Positions 34,802 to 37,452 of a stretch of DNA of 37,452 nt are shown here, piece by piece. Where the stretch lies: positions 1 to 37,452 of IMG/VR virus record IMGVR_UViG_3300043690_000025, one strand, 5' to 3'. A program made the translations under genes and the position numbers. This stretch comes from a virus (Duplodnaviria > Caudoviricetes). Each line of letters begins with the position of its first letter. Positions within the stretch are counted from its first letter, which is position 1. The notes beneath the pieces were generated by a model. That model was not told where the DNA came from. It was given only the letters and a program-made list of their open reading frames with translations, and searched no databases.

Positions 34802-35514
34802 GCCGGCACCGCCTTGGCGTCGACCGCCTGCGCCTTCGTTTTCAACCCCTCCCACGTCTCACGCGCCGTCCGATCTAAGTGCGCGCGGAACTCCCGCGGC
34901 GAGGTGTTCCACGCCTTGCGGAGTGCGTCAAACCCGTTGTCCGCCGTGGATTGCATGTCGGTGAGCCACTCGCGGTAGCCCTTCGGGGCGTCTGCCTCCT
35001 CCCGCATCGACACGACATTGGACGTGCGCGAGCCGGCGACATCCGGCGTCGTCGCATCCGCATCGGCGGCCATCGCTTCGACCGGAATACAGAACGTCAG
35101 AAACGCCGCGTACTTGTAGGCCACCGACATGGCCTTGTTCGTCGCCTTGTCGGCCGTATCCATCGCTTCGCCGAAGGTGCGCGCCGTGTGCCGGCTGCCG
35201 TCCGCCGTGGCGATGAAATCGAACTCGGCGTCGACGACGACCGAGAACAACGGATCGCCTTTCTTCGTCGCGCGCTCGGTCATCTGCCGCGACAACATGC
35301 GCGGGATGATGATCAGGCCGTACTCCGGCAGCAGCGGCGCCAGCGCATTCAGCACATCGTCAATCCCCCGGAAGGCGAATCCCTGCTGCTGGTTCCTCCG
35401 GCTCTTCCCAATCCCCCGCTGCGCCATCGCCGCGGCCACGCCCTGGATCGCCCGATACACCGTCAGCGCGCCGGGCGCCGCCATGGTCTCTGGTCGCTGC
35501 TCACTCGTCTGCAT
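34798..35514 (-). CDS. ERF-family single-strand annealing protein
   Basis: GFAFRGIDDVLNAL...GEAMDTADKATNKAMSVAYKY...FCIP. Confidence 0.9.
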   Translation of the reverse strand: MQTSEQRPETMAAPGALTVYRAIQGVAAAMAQRGIGKSRRNQQQGFAFRGIDDVLNALAPLLPEYGLIIIPRMLSRQMTERATKKGDPLFSVVVDAEFDFIATADGSRHTARTFGEAMDTADKATNKAMSVAYKYAAFLTFCIPVEAMAADADATTPDVAGSRTSNVVSMREEADAPKGYREWLTDMQSTADNGFDALRKAWNTSPREFRAHLDRTARETWEGLKTKAQAVDAKAVPA

Positions 35515-35532
35515 ATCCCCTCTGCCTTCTGC

Positions 35533-35730
35533 TTAGGCCGCCGAGTGCGGCCGTTCCACCTGCTCCACCCACACCCGGCAGCCGGGACACGTCGGCGTCT
35601 GCTCCACGCCCACCTGCTGGCTCGCCGGGATGTACACCCCGCACACCGTCTGCTGCTGCCCCGCCGTGTCCCGACGCGTAAACGCCGGGATGTAGTGCGT
35701 CCACGTATCCGGCGCGACCTGGCGGACCAT
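35533..35730 (-). CDS. Small zinc-finger-like protein
   Basis: TH...VCG...PTCPGC; TAATG overlap. Confidence 0.6.
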   Translation of the reverse strand: MVRQVAPDTWTHYIPAFTRRDTAGQQQTVCGVYIPASQQVGVEQTPTCPGCRVWVEQVERPHSAA

Positions 35731-35933
35731 TACGCGACCCCCTGACGCGGCTGCGCTGTCGACACGGGCTGCGCGCAGCACGCCTCGCAGCGATACGGCG
35801 GCCGCTCGTCCGCGTCCACCGCGTACGGCTCGCCGCACGCCACGCACGTGACGGTCACCGTCTGCGGCCCTTCCCAGTCCGACGAACACGCCCCGCACCA
35901 CCCACACGCCGCACTGCACGCTGTTCCGTTCAT
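35730..35933 (-). CDS. Cys-rich small protein
   Basis: CSAACGWCGAC...CVAC...CEACC. Confidence 0.6.
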   Translation of the reverse strand: MNGTACSAACGWCGACSSDWEGPQTVTVTCVACGEPYAVDADERPPYRCEACCAQPVSTAQPRQGVA

Positions 35934-36040
35934 ACCGCGCTCCCGTTGCGCTTCGTCCATAATCCGAGCACCAGCGCCACGACGAGCACCAGCGTCGAGC
36001 CAATCGCCTGCGCGTGATCCACTGCCCAGTCGAACGCCAT
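35930..36040 (-). CDS. 36-aa single-TM protein (not in ORF track)
   Basis: Hand translation MAFDWAVDHAQAIGSTLVLVVALVLGLWTKRNGSAV; overlaps both neighbours. Confidence 0.6.
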   Translation of the reverse strand: MAFDWAVDHAQAIGSTLVLVVALVLGLWTKRNGSAV

Positions 36041-36252
36041 CACGCCACCGCCGCCTTGTAGGCCGCGTCTGCCGCGGCTCGCTTGCGTTCCAGTTCCGCC
36101 AGGGCGTCACGCAGGCGGCTCAGCGCCTCGTCGGCCGTCCACAACCCCTCGGCCTGCAGCTGCAAGGTCATATCAACCTGGCCCACAAAGAACGCGTAGG
36201 CCCCCCGGTGTGCGTCCTCCCACTCACTCAGCCGATTCGTCGTCGATGTCAT
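36040..36252 (-). CDS. Hypothetical protein
   Basis: Overlap-coupled in the early operon. Confidence 0.65.
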   Translation of the reverse strand: MTSTTNRLSEWEDAHRGAYAFFVGQVDMTLQLQAEGLWTADEALSRLRDALAELERKRAAADAAYKAAVA

Positions 36253-36440
36253 CGCGTCATCCCCTGCCGCGACTCGCGGCTGTCGAGTAGCCCCCGCTCG
36301 GTCCAGGCGTCCTGCAGCTCGCGCAGCGCCGCTTTGACCGCCTCGAGCGCCAGCCGCAGCCGCGCGTTCTCGGCACGAAGCTCGGCGTTTTCTCGCTGCG
36401 AATCCGGCGTGCGTTGCTGAGCCATATCTGGACCGTTCAC
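36249..36440 (-). CDS. Hypothetical coiled-coil protein, first gene of the early operon
   Basis: ENAELRAENARLR heptads; downstream of a promoter. Confidence 0.6.
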   Translation of the reverse strand: MNGPDMAQQRTPDSQRENAELRAENARLRLALEAVKAALRELQDAWTERGLLDSRESRQGMTR

Positions 36441-36504
36441 CTAGCAGTTTCGGCTGTTTTGTCCGGTATATCCGGCCCGAAACCTCAATGTTTTCGATAT
36501 CCAG

Positions 36505-36534
36505 AGTCTACTGAACATTACCGCGGAAGGTCAA
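36505..36534 (-). promoter_or_regulatory. Leftward early promoter
   Basis: TTGACC-18 nt-TAGACT with an upstream T-tract (UP-like). Confidence 0.65.
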
Positions 36535-36611
36535 GAAAAAAAATTCGTCCCTGTGTTTGCAATCACTTACAGCCACGCCGTCGCCGTGCTGTGCCAGTTC
36601 TGGACCCGCTG

Positions 36612-36620
36612 TGATACGCT
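36612..36620 (+). promoter_or_regulatory. Extended -10 element for int
   Basis: TGnTACGCT, 9 nt before ATG 36630; no RBS. Confidence 0.4.
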
Positions 36621-36629
36621 GAAGCGCGT

Positions 36630-37452
36630 ATGGCCCTCCATCTGTATCGGCGCCACCGCGTGAGTTGTCCGCATCGCTCGCAGACCTACCGCCGCTGTCA
36701 GTGCCCCATCTACGCGAAAGGCACGCTCGCGAAAACCTACGTGCGGATGTCGCTCGATCTCACGAACTGGGACGCCGCGACGAAACTGATCGGCCAGTGG
36801 ACAATTGCCGGCCAGGTTGGCTCGCTCCATCAACCAAACGCCCGCACGCTGGCCGAGACGGTGGCCGCCTACGAGCGCGACCTGGAGATCCGCGGCTTGA
36901 GCCTTCGGACCCGTCGGAGTAAAGCGTTCCTGCTGCGCGTGCTGATGCGGTGGGCCGTGCGACACGGCTCTACGCTGCTGACGGATCTCACGCCGGCGCG
37001 CCTCGCAGAGTTCCGGGCGAGCTGGACAACGTGGTCCCCCGTCACACGGCACGTCTACCAGAAGCACTACGCGAGCGTCTTCCAGTGGTGCGTCACGCAG
37101 GGCTGGCTCGAGACCAACCCCGCCGACGCCCTGAGTCCGATCAAGGTGCCCGTGAATCCGACGCTGCCCTTCACCGCCGACGAGATGGCCCGCATCCTCG
37201 ATGCGTGCGACGCCTACGTGCAGGCGCATCCCGGCACGCGCGCGTTGCGCCATCTGCGGACGTTCGTCCTCATGCTGCGCTGGACGGGACTCCGCATCAG
37301 CGACGTGACACGGCTCGAGTGGGCGCATGTCAGGCCGGACGGGACCGTGTTCCTGTACACGCAGAAAACCGGCACGCCGGTCACCGTCCCGATCCCGGCT
37401 CCCGTCCTGGCGGCGTTCAACGCGTTGCCCCGCGTCGGCCGGTATCCGTTCT
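36630..37452 (+). CDS. int: Tyrosine integrase, N-terminal part (not in ORF track; runs off the end)
   Basis: Hand translation MALHLYRRHRVSCPH...RRCQCPIY...NPA...TLPF...WTGLRISD; in frame with 1-441. Confidence 0.93.
   Translation, partial: MALHLYRRHRVSCPHRSQTYRRCQCPIYAKGTLAKTYVRMSLDLTNWDAATKLIGQWTIAGQVGSLHQPNARTLAETVAAYERDLEIRGLSLRTRRSKAFLLRVLMRWAVRHGSTLLTDLTPARLAEFRASWTTWSPVTRHVYQKHYASVFQWCVTQGWLETNPADALSPIKVPVNPTLPFTADEMARILDACDAYVQAHPGTRALRHLRTFVLMLRWTGLRISDVTRLEWAHVRPDGTVFLYTQKTGTPVTVPIPAPVLAAFNALPRVGRYPF
37326..37452. repeat. Terminal direct repeat, copy 2
   Basis: Identical to 1-127. Confidence 0.97.

Noticed and set aside
36441-36629. attP core or tRNA fragment
   Set aside because: No T-arm or acceptor-like sequence is visible, only a partial IHF-like match near 36559-36571; it cannot be placed without the host sequence.
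37326-37452. 127-bp terminal repeat as a biological terminal repeat or att site
   Set aside because: It falls mid-integrase and its length equals a common assembler k-mer, so it is best read as a circularisation overlap.

Overview
This window is an apparently complete, circularly assembled, GC-rich temperate podovirus genome of the P22-like type. The unit length is 37,325 bp, because bases 1-127 repeat exactly at 37326-37452. A tyrosine integrase spans the junction. Rightward from it lie xis, cro and a cI-like gene, then a rightward operon of small ORFs. The rest is one long leftward arm. In transcription order it encodes: small early ORFs, ERF recombinase, YqaJ exonuclease, a replication initiator with iterons, HNH, VRR-NUC, terminase cassette A (TerS, MTase, TerL), a lipoprotein, a Dam-like MTase and PD-(D/E)xK protein, terminase cassette B (ParB-MTase, TerS, TerL), portal, an antisense BrnTA pair, scaffold, coat, gp4- and gp10-like proteins, two fibres, a GNAT/2OG-Fe(II) fusion and four ejection proteins. 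The most striking feature is two unrelated, full-length TerS+TerL cassettes with a single portal. Each cassette has its own DNA methyltransferase, both TerLs end in W-[ML]-G, and they carry different non-canonical catalytic residues. I recognise no endolysin, tRNA, CRISPR array or attP core. The integrase and excisionase resemble those I recall from Acidobacteriota, so that host is an inference. All calls come from reading motifs and synteny by eye; no database search was run.
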